This document shows positions 62,765 to 64,000 of a stretch of 64,000 nucleotides of DNA, one piece after another. Both the position numbers and the translations under genes were made by a program. Every line of letters begins with the position of its first letter. Positions within the stretch are counted from its first letter, which is position 1. The notes under the pieces are model-generated. The model did no database searches and was not told the DNA's origin. It saw nothing but the letters and a program-made list of their open reading frames with translations. Source of the stretch: Gemmatimonadota bacterium (GTDB taxonomy: Bacteria > Gemmatimonadota > Gemmatimonadetes > Gemmatimonadales > GWC2-71-9); assembly GCA_003222195.1 (NCBI GenBank), contig QHVB01000028.1, positions 91,400-155,399 on the forward strand, in the 5' to 3' direction.

Positions 62765-63382
62765 TCACCACCACCGACGACACCGCAGGCATCCGAACCA
62801 GGGATCACCCCAGCCCCAACCCCACCCTCCCCAACCACCCCAGCCCCCGCGCCAGCCGGGCCCCCACGGCGAGCGCCGCAGCGGCGGGTGAGCGGTGACC
62901 GTGTAAGTGACGACATCGTAGTCGAAGTGACCAGCCGACATCTGGTCCGCAATGGAGAGCAATGTGGCTTCGGGATCCGCCACGCTGTCACCCCCGGCGA
63001 GCGCGCGGTAGTCCCAATGCCCAGCGCGTGCGAACGAGTCGGTCCGAAATGGTTGGCTCGAAACGGCTGCGAGGATTTTTCCCGAGCCGTCTGCGTCATC
63101 GACCGTGAAGGCCTCGCGATTGCCACGACCCTGGATCTCGACCTCGCGACCGCCGCGCACTGCCGCGTCGCCGCTGGGCTCCAAGGGGAACAGCACGCGG
63201 ATGTGACCCTGCGCATCAGCACGCAGGACGAGCAGGTAGCCGCTGTCGCTGGTCTTCACCTTCACGCGCGCACGGTCGCCGCGGATAAAGACGTCATCGG
63301 AAAGTTTGACCTTGATCGGTGGGTCACGGGGCGGGAGTGGCGCTAGCACCGAAATCACCAGGGGGGCCAGGGCGAGAAGCAT
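62765..63382 (-). CDS. DUF4384-like exported protein with a Trp/Gly-repeat C-terminal tail
   Basis: VKLSDDVFIRGDRARVKVKTSDSGYLLVLRADAQGHIRVLFP resembles the DUF4384 core. Tail SPWGPGWRGGWGGWGGWGWGWGDPWFGCLRCRRWW. GGAGGA SD before the ATG. Confidence 0.65.
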   Translation of the reverse strand: MLLALAPLVISVLAPLPPRDPPIKVKLSDDVFIRGDRARVKVKTSDSGYLLVLRADAQGHIRVLFPLEPSGDAAVRGGREVEIQGRGNREAFTVDDADGSGKILAAVSSQPFRTDSFARAGHWDYRALAGGDSVADPEATLLSIADQMSAGHFDYDVVTYTVTAHPPLRRSPWGPGWRGGWGGWGGWGWGWGDPWFGCLRCRRWW

Positions 63383-63524
63383 CGTTCCTCCGGTTGTGGT
63401 ACGGGAATCACCCCGGAGGATTGGTCAAAAACCGTGCCCGGCAACGGCGTCACATCGTGCGACACCCCGTGCACAACGCGATTGGTCCGCGCCCGCCGTC
63501 GGTCTCCCGACGCGGACAGGTGTC

Positions 63525-64000
63525 CTACCGCACGGGTAAACCGCTGGGCACGGAGGCGGGCGTCAATGCTGTGAGGTCGCGCGCCGCCGGGTCCGTAAGC
63601 GACTTGAGGAACGCCACCAGTTCCTGCTGCTCCGTCTCCGTCAACTGCAGCGGAGTCCGAAGCTGGAAGTCGAGCGTGCGGAGGATATCGTCGATCGTGG
63701 TCTGGTCGCCGTGGTAGCTGCTCTGCAGCGCCGCCGGGAGCGTGGCGGGGGTGAATTCGCGCAATGACTTCGGCACGTCGCTGTAGTGCGCGACCACGGA
63801 CTCGAGCGTCGGCAACGAGCCGTCGTGAAAGTAGGGCGCGGTCAGCTCGACATTGCGGAGCGGCGGCGCGCGGAACGCGAACCGATAGACCTGATTGTTG
63901 GGAAGCTCGCCGCGGCCGAGGTCGAGCGGTGCACCCTTCCCCACCCCGGGGCCGAGCTGCGGGGCCCCGCTGTTGGAGAAGGATTGCCCGCCGAGGAAGG
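63525..64000 (-). CDS. Di-heme cytochrome c peroxidase/MauG family protein, C-terminal part (the gene continues beyond the window end)
   Basis: FRAPPLRNVELTAPYFHDGSLPTLESVVAHY is the conserved CCP C-terminal-domain motif. The reading frame stays open upstream to position 64000. Confidence 0.75.
   Translation of the reverse strand, partial: FLGGQSFSNSGAPQLGPGVGKGAPLDLGRGELPNNQVYRFAFRAPPLRNVELTAPYFHDGSLPTLESVVAHYSDVPKSLREFTPATLPAALQSSYHGDQTTIDDILRTLDFQLRTPLQLTETEQQELVAFLKSLTDPAARDLTALTPASVPSGLPVR

Noticed and set aside
1-64000. A search for defence systems, prophage, integrative elements, IS elements, tRNA or rRNA genes, toxin-antitoxin pairs, and compositional islands.
   Set aside because: I recognised no integrase, transposase, recombinase, restriction, Cas, Abi or phage-structural signatures. 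There are no cloverleaf-like tRNA candidates in the few intergenic gaps longer than 100 nt. GC content and codon style look uniform by eye. The window appears to be core chromosome rather than an accessory island.

Overview
The window is GC-rich and very densely coding. I call about 55 protein genes. I saw no rRNA, tRNA, CRISPR array, transposase, integrase or phage genes. The protein repertoire suggests a high-GC Gram-negative soil lineage such as Gemmatimonadota; this is inference from BlaI/BlaR1-like pairs, CBM9/DUF5916 outer-membrane proteins, PD40/S9 peptidases, LemA/TPM envelope modules and a Ser/Thr-kinase N-terminus of the [11 protein letters not shown] type.

All family calls come from motif recognition by eye. 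No HMM or BLAST search was run.

Modules from left to right:
1. A minus-strand gene chain: a GntR::ABC junction, a permease, three exported unknowns, a degenerate GGDEF protein, RidA and an SDR.
2. DinB and Ada.
3. A blaI-blaR1-DUF5916 operon downstream of an S9 peptidase gene.
4. A translationally coupled 5-gene operon: GcvT-like aminomethyltransferase, two CrtI-like flavoproteins, a Rieske oxygenase and a PLP decarboxylase.
5. A TonB-dependent receptor, a PuuD-like membrane cytochrome and a Tat-exported amidase.
6. A sensor diguanylate cyclase.
7. rpsU-csp behind a long structured leader.
8. A TPM / NTase-like / LemA operon.
9. DUF983, DUF456 and PAP2 genes.
10. A decayed kinase remnant.
11. 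A glutamate-type symporter, pirin and a second DUF5916 paralog.
12. A glycogen cluster built on GH57 enzymes (glgP, glgA and three GH57 genes).
13. An S1 protease with a CARDB domain.
14. mtnB-mtnD-mtnC.
15. A LemA::DUF2207 fusion.
16. M28, DUF1624 and DUF1259 genes.
17. A 1031-aa metalloprotease / PD40 / Omp85-barrel protein.
18. DUF4384 and a partial cytochrome c peroxidase.

There is no canonical defence or mobile island. The most unusual items are:
- a BlaR1-type protease whose sensor domain is an exact 34-residue SDYE repeat array, abutted to a DUF5916 gene and preceded by phased operator dyads;
- two LemA loci, one a Rosetta-stone fusion and one with a degenerate NTase/HEPN-like gene;
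- a 27-nt perfect palindrome present once as a bidirectional terminator and once in frame inside the amidase gene;
- two deletion-junction pseudogenes;
- the uncharacterised 5-gene oxygenase/aminomethyltransferase operon, which carries G10 and C8 homopolymers.
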